39,899 nucleotides of DNA, taken from Clostridiales bacterium. GTDB taxonomy: Bacteria; Bacillota; Clostridia; Lachnospirales; WRAX01. Positions 17,160-26,410 of this stretch are shown here, piece by piece. Position 1 is the stretch's first letter. The number at the start of each line of letters is the position of its first letter. Below the pieces are notes generated by a model, which did not search any database, was not told the origin of the DNA, and saw nothing but the letters and a program-made list of their open reading frames with translations. The position numbers and the translations under genes are program-made. The DNA lies in assembly GCA_031271375.1 (NCBI GenBank), contig JAISVU010000027.1, forward strand, positions 1 to 39,899, given 5' to 3'.

Positions 17160-18638
17160 TCACTTCTTCCCCCTTGCTATATTTAAGACATACGGTTCCA
17201 TTTCGTCAATGTCAATGACATCGTTATGCCGCAATCCCTTATTCCTTAAATCCATTATCCCCTTTGGCGGCTCCGCGCCTGAGGCGTCGCCGAGCGCCCG
17301 GACGCAGTCGAACGGGTCTTCCATGGCCGGCAGGCCTATGCCGTGCAGCACGGCGGGGGCAAACTTATAAGGGGAAGCCGTCGCGAGAACCACACAGGGG
17401 TTTTCACCGGCATTGCCCTCAAAGCCGCTCCAGGCCACGGCAGTATGGGGATCAAGCAGATAATTATATTCCATCCAAACATGGCGCATAACGCGGATGG
17501 CTTCAGGCCCCGCGCATCTGGCCGCCGTAAAATCCAAAGCTATCGCGTCGCGCATACCCTGGGGCACCTCGTATACCCCGTCTTTTGCAAGGGCTTCCAT
17601 TAACCCGGCGACAAGCCCCGAGTCGTTGCCGGAAAGCCAGTAAAGAAGGCGTTCCAGGTTGCTTGAAACTAGAATATCCATCGACGGCGAATCCGTCTTG
17701 AAAAACTTCCTGCGCCGGTCATAGCGGCCCGTATGTATAAACTCGGTAAGCACGTCGTTTTCATTCGAGGCGCAGATAAGCCGTCCCACGGGCAGGCCCA
17801 TCCGTTTCGCGATCCACCCCGCGAGGATATTGCCAAAGTTCCCCGTCGGGACGGCAAAATCCACTGCCTGGCCCGGTTTAATAGCGCCTTGACGCAGCAG
17901 CGCGGCGTAAGCGGCGAAATAATAACCCGCCTGCGGCGCGAGCCTGCCTATGTTGATAGAGTTCGCGCTGGAGAGCTTTGTTCCTTTCATGTCCGGCTTG
18001 CCTTCGGAATACTCAATGAATATATGCTTTACGCCGCGCTGGGTGTCGTCAAAATTGCCCCTGACGGCGCATACATGGACGTTATCCCCTGTTGAAGCAC
18101 GCATTTGCAGCTCTTGGATGGGACTGACGCCGCCGTGAGGATAAAAGACGCACACATCGCAGCCGGGAAGCCCGGAAAAGCCCTCCAGCGCGGCCTTCCC
18201 GGTGTCTCCCGACGTGGCGGTGAGGATCAGGCTGCCGGAAGCGTCCCCGGTAATCCGCTTCGCCGCGAGGAACAGGCGGGGCATTACCCCCAGAGCCACA
18301 TCCTTAAAGGCCAGCGTCGGCCCGTGGAACAGCTCAAGAACCCAGGCGGGGCCAATCTTTACCAACGGCGTGATATCGGGATGACCGAAACGCTCCGTAA
18401 GGCCGTCCTTCACGGCGTTAATGATATCCGTCTTGGGGAAGCCGGGCAGCAGCGCCGCCGTCACCTCGGCCATTATCCCGGCGTTATCCTGTTGCAGCAG
18501 CCCTTCCAAGCCCTTTATAACCGGCAGCTCGCCGTGGGCATACAGCCCGCCGTCCGGGGCAAGCCCGGTCAACACCGCTTCGGGGAAATTTACGGCTTCG
18601 GCGAAGCCCCTTGTGCTTTGGCATAATCGATTATTCAT
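17160..18638 (-). CDS. thrC: Threonine synthase
   Basis: PLP-lysine context GPTLAFKDVA and the overall ThrC pattern. ATG 18638 sits one base after the ask stop and is preceded by GGGGG. Confidence 0.9.
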   Translation of the reverse strand: MNNRLCQSTRGFAEAVNFPEAVLTGLAPDGGLYAHGELPVIKGLEGLLQQDNAGIMAEVTAALLPGFPKTDIINAVKDGLTERFGHPDITPLVKIGPAWVLELFHGPTLAFKDVALGVMPRLFLAAKRITGDASGSLILTATSGDTGKAALEGFSGLPGCDVCVFYPHGGVSPIQELQMRASTGDNVHVCAVRGNFDDTQRGVKHIFIEYSEGKPDMKGTKLSSANSINIGRLAPQAGYYFAAYAALLRQGAIKPGQAVDFAVPTGNFGNILAGWIAKRMGLPVGRLICASNENDVLTEFIHTGRYDRRRKFFKTDSPSMDILVSSNLERLLYWLSGNDSGLVAGLMEALAKDGVYEVPQGMRDAIALDFTAARCAGPEAIRVMRHVWMEYNYLLDPHTAVAWSGFEGNAGENPCVVLATASPYKFAPAVLHGIGLPAMEDPFDCVRALGDASGAEPPKGIMDLRNKGLRHNDVIDIDEMEPYVLNIARGKK

Positions 18639-18639
18639 A

Positions 18640-19977
18640 TTAACCCCCGGTAAAGCTCTCATACAGCACCGAAATAGCCTTTTCAAAGTCCTTGTCAGAG
18701 ACGCCCACAGTGATGCGCAGCTCGTTTACGTCCTGATTTATGAGCCTGATATTAACGCCGTTTTTCCCTAGCGCCCCGAAGAGCTTGCCTGAGATGCCCG
18801 GGCTCTCCACCATCTTGCGGCCTACGACCGCGATAAGCGCTATCCCGCCGGTGACGGACGCGCTGCCGGGTCCGCAGAGCTTTTCTATATCCGCAAGAAG
18901 GGCGTATAACATGGGCTTCACGGCTTCGGTTGATACGATCAGCGAAAAGCCGTCGATCCCCGACGGAATGCCTTCAATCTTTATCCTGCGGCGCTCGAAT
19001 AGTTCCAGAACCTCCCGGATAACGCCGATGTTCCCTGATATATCGTCCCTGTGGATGGTGATTATCGAAAAACCCTTCTTGCCCGCAAGGCCTGTAATGA
19101 ACCCCGGAACGTCTTCGGCATGGCCGCCTGTGTCCGCGCCGAAATCATCGGAGATCATTGTCCCCGGGTCGTCCGGCTCCCGCACGCTGCGTATGTTTAT
19201 CGGTATGTTTTTCTGTCTCGCGGGGAAGACACTCTCGTCGTGGAGCACCCTCGCGCCCATGTATGTTAAAGCGCGCAGCTCGTTATAAGTGATTTGGGGG
19301 ATGGAGCGCGGATTGTTCACTATCGACGGGTCTGCCATCAGAAGCACCGGCACGTCGGTCCAGTTTTCATAAAGGTCCGCGTCCAGCGCCGCCGCGAGAA
19401 GGGCCCCCGTTATATCAGACCCGCCCCGGCTCATCAGCTTTATCTCCCCGTCCGGCATCGCACCGTAAAACCCTGGAACGACGATGCGCCCGGAAGACGC
19501 GGCGTAGGCCCGTCTAATCGCCTCGTAAGTCCGTTCGGTATCCACCGACCCGTCATAAGAGAAGAACACCGCGCCGGCGGCGTCGACAAAATCCCATCCC
19601 AGGAAGGCCGCGGCCAGCCTCGCGCAGATATATTCGCCCCTGGACACCAAAAAGTCCTCGTCAGGCCGCCGCTCCACGCGCTCGCGTATTTCGGCGAACC
19701 AGCCCGCCGTATCTGCGTCCAGTTTAAGCTCATCTGCCATCGCGGAAAAACGGCGTTCAGCCTCGTACAGCGTGGGCCGGTAATCCGCGCCGTATTTGAT
19801 ATGCGCGTGGCAGAGATACAGCAAATCCGTCACCTTGCTGCCGCCCGGCGCGGCCTTCCCCGGCGCGCTGACCGCCATAGCGCGGCGCGCGGGGTTACTA
19901 TCCGCTATCTCTTTTACCCGTTTAAACCGGGCCGCGTCGGCTAACGAGCTGCCGCCGAATTTAAGGGCGATTAGCAT
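18640..19977 (-). CDS. ask: Aspartate kinase with C-terminal ACT domains
   Basis: MLIALKFGGSSLAD N-terminus. RBS GGGAGAG lies upstream of ATG 19977. Confidence 0.9.
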   Translation of the reverse strand: MLIALKFGGSSLADAARFKRVKEIADSNPARRAMAVSAPGKAAPGGSKVTDLLYLCHAHIKYGADYRPTLYEAERRFSAMADELKLDADTAGWFAEIRERVERRPDEDFLVSRGEYICARLAAAFLGWDFVDAAGAVFFSYDGSVDTERTYEAIRRAYAASSGRIVVPGFYGAMPDGEIKLMSRGGSDITGALLAAALDADLYENWTDVPVLLMADPSIVNNPRSIPQITYNELRALTYMGARVLHDESVFPARQKNIPINIRSVREPDDPGTMISDDFGADTGGHAEDVPGFITGLAGKKGFSIITIHRDDISGNIGVIREVLELFERRRIKIEGIPSGIDGFSLIVSTEAVKPMLYALLADIEKLCGPGSASVTGGIALIAVVGRKMVESPGISGKLFGALGKNGVNIRLINQDVNELRITVGVSDKDFEKAISVLYESFTGG

Positions 19978-20013
19978 TAATTCTCTCCCAACGTTGACAT
20001 ATGGTTTACCGTC

Positions 20014-20042
20014 ATTATAACACACTCTCCAACTCTTCGCAA
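20014..20042 (-). promoter_or_regulatory. Promoter of the ask-thrC-asd operon
   Basis: On the minus strand: TTGCGA, 17 nt, TATAAT with a TGn extension. The predicted leader is only about 30 nt. Confidence 0.45.
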
Positions 20043-20227
20043 TTTTAAATAAATACTATAAAACCACTTGCCGTCCGCACGAATTTGTGCAAAATGACAT
20101 TGACGTTTCCATCAAACGCTAATATTCTGTCCGAATCTCCAAACTTTCAAAAACAGTAAAATAACTATTGAAATATATGAGACTGTATGCTAACATTGTA
20201 CATTATACTTTTAAGGAGGAAAGACCA

Positions 20228-21049
20228 ATGAAAAGATTTATTCTCACCGCAATGGCTATCGTAATGGCAGCCTCGTTTATGACCGGCTGCGCTACCCAGC
20301 AAAGCAGGAGCAGGTTGGACGAAATCAAGGAAGCCGGAAAGATAACTATGGCAGTGAGCCCGGACTTCGCCCCCTTGGAATTCGTAGACCCCACTAAGAC
20401 CGGCGACGAGTCATACGTCGGCGCTGATATAGAGCTTGGCAGGTACATAGCGGAACAGCTCGGCGTAGAGCTTGTTATCGAGGCGATGGATTTCACCGCC
20501 GTTCAGGCCGCCGTAACGATGGGTTCGGTGGATATGGCGATCTCCGGCTTCTCATATACAGAGGAACGCGCCGAAAACATGCTGCTTTCGGATTACTACA
20601 ACATGGACGATGAGGACGGCCAGGGCATTCTGGTACTCAAGACCAGGGCCGACGAGTTTAAAGAAGCCGCCGATTTCACAGGAAAGCTCGTAGGGGCGCA
20701 ATCTGCTTCCCTTCAGTACAACCTGGTTACGAGCCAGCTCCCCGAAGCCGAGGTTGAGCAGATCGTAAACCTCAACGATGCCGTGATGATGCTGATTACC
20801 GAGAAGATTGACGCCCTCGCCGTGGACACGGACAACGGCGCGTCCTTCGCGAACAACTACGACGAAATCATAATGAGCGATTTCTACTTCGATTTCAGCA
20901 GCGAAGGCAACGTCCTGGCGGTAACAAAGGGCGAGACCGAGCTGATGGACGCAATCAACGAAATCTTAGCTAAGGTCAACGAAGAAGGGCTCTTCCTGGA
21001 ATGGAGAGACGATGCCACCGCACTCGCCGATTCGCTTGGCATAGAATAA
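20228..21049 (+). CDS. Polar amino-acid ABC transporter substrate-binding lipoprotein (family 3)
   Basis: RBS AAGGAGGA, signal peptide with lipobox MTGC, and an SBP_bac_3-like sequence. Confidence 0.85.
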   Translation: MKRFILTAMAIVMAASFMTGCATQQSRSRLDEIKEAGKITMAVSPDFAPLEFVDPTKTGDESYVGADIELGRYIAEQLGVELVIEAMDFTAVQAAVTMGSVDMAISGFSYTEERAENMLLSDYYNMDDEDGQGILVLKTRADEFKEAADFTGKLVGAQSASLQYNLVTSQLPEAEVEQIVNLNDAVMMLITEKIDALAVDTDNGASFANNYDEIIMSDFYFDFSSEGNVLAVTKGETELMDAINEILAKVNEEGLFLEWRDDATALADSLGIE

Positions 21050-21075
21050 TCGGCGGCGGACAAGGAGCTTAATAT

Positions 21076-21744
21076 ATGATAAACAACATCCTTAACCTCG
21101 TAAGCAATTACGGGGTTAAGTTCCTTCAAGGGGCGGGGTATACGCTGATGTTTTCGGCGATTACCGTGTTCTTCGGCGTGATATTCGGGTCATTAATCTG
21201 TATGGTTAAAAGATCACGGTTTATCGTCCTGCGCTTTATAGCCGGCGTATACATAGAGGTTATCCGGGGAACGCCCATTCTGCTTCAAATGTTTTTCTTT
21301 TATTTCTTCCTGCCGCTTATGACGAAGAATACGCTGAACCTGTCAAAGACGGTGAGCATTGTCATAGCACTGATAGTAAACAGCGCGGCTTATGTCAGCG
21401 AGATCGTGCGCTCCGGCATCCAGGCCGTCGACTACGGGCAGACCGAAGCCGCGCGGAGCCTGGGATTAAACCGGCGTCAGACGATGATGCGCGTAATCCT
21501 GCCCCAGGCGGTCAGGAACATACTCCCGACTTTGGGCAATGAGTTTATCATGGTGATAAAGGAAACCGCGCTGGGCTCTACCTTCTATATAGGCGAGCTT
21601 ATGACGGTTCGCGCCGAGCTGCAAGCCGCTTTATTCCTGGCGATCGAGCCGCTGGTTATCGTCGCGGCTATTTATCTGGTTCTTACCTTCTCGCTGAGTA
21701 AGGGCGTCGCGTTCATCGAAAGGAGGATGGCCCAGGGTGATTAA
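21076..21744 (+). CDS. Amino-acid ABC transporter permease (His/Glu/Gln/Arg/opine family)
   Basis: [15 protein letters not shown] and the EAA loop [23 protein letters not shown]. Confidence 0.9.
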   Translation: MINNILNLVSNYGVKFLQGAGYTLMFSAITVFFGVIFGSLICMVKRSRFIVLRFIAGVYIEVIRGTPILLQMFFFYFFLPLMTKNTLNLSKTVSIVIALIVNSAAYVSEIVRSGIQAVDYGQTEAARSLGLNRRQTMMRVILPQAVRNILPTLGNEFIMVIKETALGSTFYIGELMTVRAELQAALFLAIEPLVIVAAIYLVLTFSLSKGVAFIERRMAQGD

Positions 21745-22456
21745 GACAATAGATATGCACAAGAGTTTCGGTTCCCTGCATGTCCTCAAAGGCGTAAGCG
21801 AACATATCAGGCTCCACGAGGTGGTCTCTGTCATCGGCCCCTCCGGCAGCGGGAAAAGCACGTTCCTGCGCTGCCTTAATCTGCTGGAAATCCCCACAAG
21901 CGGCCAGATATTCTTCGAAAACGAGGATATCTCAAAGATCAATGTGGATGCGCACAGACAGCGCGTCGGCATGGTCTTCCAGCAGTTTAACGTCTTCCCG
22001 CACATGACCGTTAAAGAGAACATCACGCTTGCGCCGGTCCTGGTTAAGAAGATGGCTAAGGAAGCCGCTGACGAGCTGGCGGAGAGCCTCTTGAAACGCG
22101 TCGGGCTGCTAGACAAGATAGACGAGCATCCCAAGCGCCTCTCCGGCGGGCAGAAGCAGCGCCTCGCCATAGTGCGCGCCCTCGCGATGGAGCCTAAGGT
22201 TATGCTCTTCGACGAGCCCACAAGCGCGCTGGACCCCGAGATGGTCGGTGAGGTGTTGAGCGTTATCAAAGACCTTGCCGGTTCCGGGATGACGACGGTT
22301 ATCGTTACCCACGAGATGGGCTTTTGCAAAGAGGTTTCAAACCGCGTCCTGTTCATGGACGACGGTGTTATCGCCGAAAGCGGCCCGCCGGAGCAGATTT
22401 TCGGGAACCCGCTGAATAAGCGGACGCAAGAGTTTTTGAGCAAGGTGTTATATTAA
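21737..22456 (+). CDS. Amino-acid ABC transporter ATP-binding protein (GlnQ-like)
   Basis: [29 protein letters not shown]. The GTG start overlaps the permease stop. Confidence 0.9.
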   Translation: MIKTIDMHKSFGSLHVLKGVSEHIRLHEVVSVIGPSGSGKSTFLRCLNLLEIPTSGQIFFENEDISKINVDAHRQRVGMVFQQFNVFPHMTVKENITLAPVLVKKMAKEAADELAESLLKRVGLLDKIDEHPKRLSGGQKQRLAIVRALAMEPKVMLFDEPTSALDPEMVGEVLSVIKDLAGSGMTTVIVTHEMGFCKEVSNRVLFMDDGVIAESGPPEQIFGNPLNKRTQEFLSKVLY

Positions 22457-22462
22457 CATAGG

Positions 22463-22490
22463 AGGCGCGCGTACATTGCGCGCCTTTACT
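22463..22490 (+). terminator. Stem-loop / weak terminator between the ABC operon and the M20 gene
   Basis: AGGCGCGC-GTACATT-GCGCGCCT followed by TTTACTCTT. Confidence 0.4.
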
Positions 22491-22508
22491 CTTGAAAGGA
22501 CGATTATA

Positions 22509-23921
22509 ATGTTTTTGGATATTATCGATAAAAAGAAGGATTTATTGACCGGCGTCAGCGACAAGGTTTGGGAATACGCCGAACTCTCTCTCCAAGAGCA
22601 TAAATCCGCCGAGCTGTATTGCAAAGTCCTCGCGGACGAGGGTTTTGATGTTGAGACGAATGTATGCGGCATTAAGACCGCGTTCAAAGCCAACTTTGGT
22701 AACGGCAGGCCCGTAATCGGCATCCTGGCCGAGTACGACGCCCTGAGCGGCTTATCGCAGAAGGCGGGAATCGCGTACAAAGAAGCCGTTATCCCCGGCG
22801 GCAGCGGCCACGGCTGCGGGCACAACATGCTCGGGGCAGGGGCGTTGGCAGCAGCGCTGGCAATCAAGGAATACCTAAAGGATAAAGGCAGCGGAACCGT
22901 TATCCTTTACGGATGCCCCGGCGAAGAAGGCGGCGCGGGTAAGGCCTTTATGGCGAGGGACGGCGAATTCCGCGATCTGGACGCGGCCCTTACCTGGCAT
23001 CCCGGCGACGAGAACGGGGTACGGACGTCCACCTGCAACTCGTCATTGCAAATTGAATACACGTTCCATGGCGTCGCTTCCCACGCGGCAAGGCCCGAGT
23101 ACGGGCGTTCGGCGCTGGACGCGGCGGAGCTGATGAACACCGGGGTTCAATACCTCAGGGAGCATATGCCCGACACGGACCGGGTTCACTACGCCTTTAC
23201 AGACGCCGGCGGCGTTTCGCCTAATGTCGTGCATCCCAAAGCGTCGGTATTATATATGATCCGTTCGCATAATGTTAAGAACGCCCAAAAGCTCGCCGAA
23301 CGCGTGGATAAAATCGCACAGGGAGCGGCGATGATGACGGAAACGGCGATGGGAAAGCGTTTTATCGACGGAACCGCCGATATTGTAACGAACTTTACGC
23401 TCTGCAAGCTCCTTCAAGAGGAGTTTGAGAAGCTGGGCGTTCCGTCATATACCGACGAAGAAACCGCCTTCGCGAAGGCTATCATGGATTCATACGAGAA
23501 CCCGGAAGCGGGACTGCCCGGTAAGGAATACATAAGCGATAAGGCCAGCGAGGATTATATCCGGGAGAAATCCCAGGACGGCGCAAGGCCGCTTAACGAT
23601 TTCCTGATGCCGTACCAGCCCGAAGAACGCATGACGATGGGCTCCACCGACGTGGGCGATGTGAGCTGGCTTACGCCGGCCGCGCAGATAAGCGTCGTCA
23701 CGGCCGCCTCAAAAGCGCCGGGCCACAGCTGGCAGAATGTCTCCTGCGGCGGGTCGTCGATAGGCCACAAGGGTCTGCTCCACGCCGGGAAGGTTCTCGC
23801 CGCCGCGGCTATCAGGCTTTATGAAGAGCCTGAGCTGCTGAAGGAAGCAAGAGCGGAGTTTGAAATCAGGGCTAAGGAAGGGTACACATGCCCTATTCCG
23901 CCGGAGGCAAAGGCGGAGTAA
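22509..23921 (+). CDS. M20-family amidohydrolase (aminobenzoyl-glutamate utilisation protein B-like)
   Basis: 470 aa. Metal-ligand contexts GHGCGHN, GCPGEEGG and FHGVASHAA are typical of M20D/AbgB-like enzymes. Confidence 0.8.
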   Translation: MFLDIIDKKKDLLTGVSDKVWEYAELSLQEHKSAELYCKVLADEGFDVETNVCGIKTAFKANFGNGRPVIGILAEYDALSGLSQKAGIAYKEAVIPGGSGHGCGHNMLGAGALAAALAIKEYLKDKGSGTVILYGCPGEEGGAGKAFMARDGEFRDLDAALTWHPGDENGVRTSTCNSSLQIEYTFHGVASHAARPEYGRSALDAAELMNTGVQYLREHMPDTDRVHYAFTDAGGVSPNVVHPKASVLYMIRSHNVKNAQKLAERVDKIAQGAAMMTETAMGKRFIDGTADIVTNFTLCKLLQEEFEKLGVPSYTDEETAFAKAIMDSYENPEAGLPGKEYISDKASEDYIREKSQDGARPLNDFLMPYQPEERMTMGSTDVGDVSWLTPAAQISVVTAASKAPGHSWQNVSCGGSSIGHKGLLHAGKVLAAAAIRLYEEPELLKEARAEFEIRAKEGYTCPIPPEAKAE

Positions 23922-23939
23922 ACAGGTATATTAAAAGTA

Positions 23940-23968
23940 TTTACATACGTAAGAATACGTGTTATTAT
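23940..23968 (+). promoter_or_regulatory. Promoter with embedded palindrome upstream of the hicA remnant/hicB/asnA
   Basis: TTTACA, 17 nt, TATTAT with a TGn extension. The spacer contains ACGTA-AGAA-TACGT (23947-23960), a candidate operator. Confidence 0.5.
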
Positions 23969-23987
23969 GCTAATGCAGAGGTGCGGG

Positions 23988-24044
23988 ATGACGGCAAAAG
24001 AGTTGAAACGTAAACTAATCGCTGAAGGATGGTTAAATTCCTAA
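23988..24044 (+). pseudogene. hicA: Truncated hicA (18 codons only)
   Basis: MTAKELKRKLIAEGWLNS* matches the HicA N-terminus (..el.k.L...GW) and then stops. Full-length HicA is about 60 aa. Confidence 0.5.
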
Positions 24045-24091
24045 AAACACTGAGCTGAAATAAGCTCCGGGTTATGCTGCGAGGTGCTCCT

Positions 24092-24481
24092 ATGAAATAT
24101 GTTTATCCTGCAATTCTATATCAAGACGATGGAAAGGTGGGCGTCACGGTTCCCGATTTACCTGGCTGCCATACCTACGGCAACGATAAAGCCGATGCGA
24201 TTCTAATGGCTAAGGACGCGGTCGAAATGTGGCTATGGGACGCTGAGAACAACGGCGAACAAATACCATCCGCGTCAGAAACCCTGCCGTCTGTAACAGG
24301 CCAAACAATAACCCTGATCGTCGCTGACACAGACGAATACCGGCAGGCTAACGATACGAGAGCGATAAAGAAAACACTCTCGATTCCTTCATGGTTAAAT
24401 CAGAAAGCCGAAAAGGCAAATGCGCCGTTTTCCCAGATCCTCCAACAAGGGTTGAAGGAATATCTGAATATCACGGAGTAA
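24092..24481 (+). CDS. hicB: HicB-family antitoxin with C-terminal ribbon-helix-helix-type DNA-binding region
   Basis: MKYVYPAILYQDDGKVGVTVPDLPGCHTYGNDKADAILMAKDAVEMWL is a classic HicB N-domain. RBS GAGGTG. Confidence 0.8.
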   Translation: MKYVYPAILYQDDGKVGVTVPDLPGCHTYGNDKADAILMAKDAVEMWLWDAENNGEQIPSASETLPSVTGQTITLIVADTDEYRQANDTRAIKKTLSIPSWLNQKAEKANAPFSQILQQGLKEYLNITE

Positions 24482-24485
24482 CCAG

Positions 24486-25493
24486 ATGAGCCAATGTATA
24501 ATCCCCAAGAACTACCGCCCCATTCTGACTACCTACCAAACCCAAAGCGCGATAGGCCGTTTAAAGCGCGTCTTTGAGGACAATTTGTCTATGGCGCTGA
24601 ATCTGCGCAGGGTATCTGCGCCGCTCTTTGTGGAGCCCTGGACAGGGCTTAACGACGACCTGAGCGGAGTGGAACGCCCGGTTGAGTTCGATGTTCCGGG
24701 AACCGACGGGGCGGCTCAAATCGTCCATTCCCTGGCGAAATGGAAGCGTATGGCGCTGCATAAATACGGCTTCACCCCAGGCAGCGGTCTTTATACCGAC
24801 ATGAACGCAATCCGGCGCGACGACGAAATGAACAACACCCATTCCATCTATGTCGACCAATGGGACTGGGAAACCGTCATTACCTGCGGACAGCGCAGCC
24901 TGGCCTTTCTCAGGCGCACGGCGGAACGTATCGCCGAGGCGATATACGCCGCTTCGGAGCGCTTGAAATGGGATTACCCCGGGCTTAACGTGTCGTTGAC
25001 CAGAGACGTAACATTCATATCCGCGCAGGAGCTGGAGGATTTATACCCCCGGATGACCCCGGAAGAGCGCGAGGACGCCTTCACGCGCGAGAACAAAACC
25101 GTCTTCGTTACCGGCATAGGCGGAAGGCTGAAATCGGGCGAACGCCACGGCAGCCGCGCCCCGGACTATGACGACTGGACGCTTAACGGCGATCTGCTGT
25201 ACTGGAACGATATCCTGGGCCGCGCTATGGAGCTGTCCTCAATGGGTATCCGTGTTGACGCCGCAGCGCTGGACGCGCAGCTAACAGCGTCGGGAAAAGA
25301 CGGCCGCAGGGAGCTGGCTTTTCACAAGTCCTTGCTCGCGGGCGGACTGCCCCTCACTATGGGCGGCGGCATAGGCCAGTCCCGCCTCTGTATGCTCCTG
25401 TTATCGAAAGCCCATATTGGCGAGGTGCAAGTCTCCATATGGGATGAAAAGACGTTAAAAATCTGCCGCGAAGCGGGAATCATATTATTATAG
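24486..25493 (+). CDS. asnA: Aspartate--ammonia ligase (asparagine synthetase A)
   Basis: HSLAKWKR, YVDQWDWE, RAPDYDDW, LSSMGIRVD and GGGIGQSRLCMLLL are collinear with E. coli AsnA. Confidence 0.92.
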   Translation: MSQCIIPKNYRPILTTYQTQSAIGRLKRVFEDNLSMALNLRRVSAPLFVEPWTGLNDDLSGVERPVEFDVPGTDGAAQIVHSLAKWKRMALHKYGFTPGSGLYTDMNAIRRDDEMNNTHSIYVDQWDWETVITCGQRSLAFLRRTAERIAEAIYAASERLKWDYPGLNVSLTRDVTFISAQELEDLYPRMTPEEREDAFTRENKTVFVTGIGGRLKSGERHGSRAPDYDDWTLNGDLLYWNDILGRAMELSSMGIRVDAAALDAQLTASGKDGRRELAFHKSLLAGGLPLTMGGGIGQSRLCMLLLSKAHIGEVQVSIWDEKTLKICREAGIILL

Positions 25494-25505
25494 CCGATAT
25501 AAACA

Positions 25506-25829
25506 CTACCAGACTATAAGCCTGATAATGTCCTCGGCTTGGTCGTATGAGTCTTCCTGCGCTTTGGAATACAGTTTCTCGCAGTTTAAAAGAGCCTCCC
25601 TAAAGCTGTCCAAAGAATCGTGGAGCTTCGTCGTTACGGAATCCTTCGAGTCGACGTCGTCCCACTTCCTGCCGAATGCCATCGCGTCTTCGCCCATCCA
25701 GCCGGACGCAAGCATCGATTTCACTTCCCCGTCCGCTTCCTTCATTTGCCTGTTTTGAAGCTCGCAGTATTGCTTTACCGCCGCCGCCGTTTCTTTCAAC
25801 GCCCGGCGGTCTACATTTATCATCGCCAT
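25506..25829 (-). CDS. WXG100-like small helical protein (candidate effector partner 3)
   Basis: 107 aa, helix-turn-helix layout with a central W-M-G (SGWMGEDAMAF). Last gene of the T7SS block. Confidence 0.65.
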   Translation of the reverse strand: MAMINVDRRALKETAAAVKQYCELQNRQMKEADGEVKSMLASGWMGEDAMAFGRKWDDVDSKDSVTTKLHDSLDSFREALLNCEKLYSKAQEDSYDQAEDIIRLIVW

Positions 25830-25839
25830 AAAATTAACC

Positions 25840-26139
25840 TCACTTAAAATTATCGGCTAGCTTTGTATTATGTTCCTCAACCGCGATATAACCCGGATTT
25901 ATCTGCTGTTCCAGCATGGCTATATAGTTTTTTATAACGCTATGGCGGGCTTTTCCTCCGCTTATTATCCGCCGTAACGTGCCAATCGCCGCGTCCCCCG
26001 CGCTGCTGTTCCAGCCGTCGTCAAGCCGCTTCGACGTTCTTTCCAGAGCCGACATCTCGTTGTCAATAGCGTTATTGACGCTCTTGAGCTTAGTTATCGT
26101 CACGCCGACCCTTGCGGTGTCAATCGACTGCTTTGCCAT
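25840..26139 (-). CDS. WXG100/SACOL2603-like small helical protein (candidate effector partner 2)
   Basis: 99 aa with a central DDGWNSSAGDAA turn. The C-terminal tail ...KLADNFK parallels the EsxA-like ...QLSDAFK. Confidence 0.6.
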   Translation of the reverse strand: MAKQSIDTARVGVTITKLKSVNNAIDNEMSALERTSKRLDDGWNSSAGDAAIGTLRRIISGGKARHSVIKNYIAMLEQQINPGYIAVEEHNTKLADNFK

Positions 26140-26162
26140 AAAAATCAGCTCCCATCATAGTC

Positions 26163-26405
26163 TTATGAAAATATGCCGCTGATAAAGTCGCCGACATCTT
26201 CAAAAAAGTCGCCAGCTTTCTTGAATATGCTTTCATCCATATTATTAAGATCGGTTCTTATACCCTTGTACTTAGATATAATCTCGCCTACGGCATCCGC
26301 GCAGACTTTCTCGCCTATTCCCGTAAAATCCCCGCGGATTCCCTGTTCAATCCTTTCAAGCTCTCTTATGATATCCCCAACCTTGCTCCGGCATTGTTCC
26401 AGCAT
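26163..26405 (-). CDS. Small helical protein (candidate effector partner 1)
   Basis: 80 aa, acidic, predicted all-helical. It lies 5 nt downstream of the hydrolase gene stop. Confidence 0.5.
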   Translation of the reverse strand: MLEQCRSKVGDIIRELERIEQGIRGDFTGIGEKVCADAVGEIISKYKGIRTDLNNMDESIFKKAGDFFEDVGDFISGIFS

Positions 26406-26410
26406 GGCAA

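Noticed and set aside
19294-19944. 216-aa plus-strand ORF (and several others between 17264 and 19288) antisense to ask/thrC
   Set aside because: They lie opposite genes with strong family signatures, and their Arg/Pro/Gly-rich composition is typical of spurious antisense ORFs.
19978-20227. Possible T-box, lysine riboswitch or attenuator upstream of the aspartate kinase operon
   Set aside because: The best promoter (TTGCGA-17-TATAAT at 20014-20042) leaves a leader of only about 30 nt. Reading the minus strand shows none of the conserved L-box or T-box sequence blocks and no terminator/antiterminator pair.
21631-22443. 270-aa minus-strand ORF antisense to the GlnQ-like ATPase
   Set aside because: It lies opposite a gene with complete ABC motifs. 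The translation is Ser/Arg/Thr-rich and non-globular.
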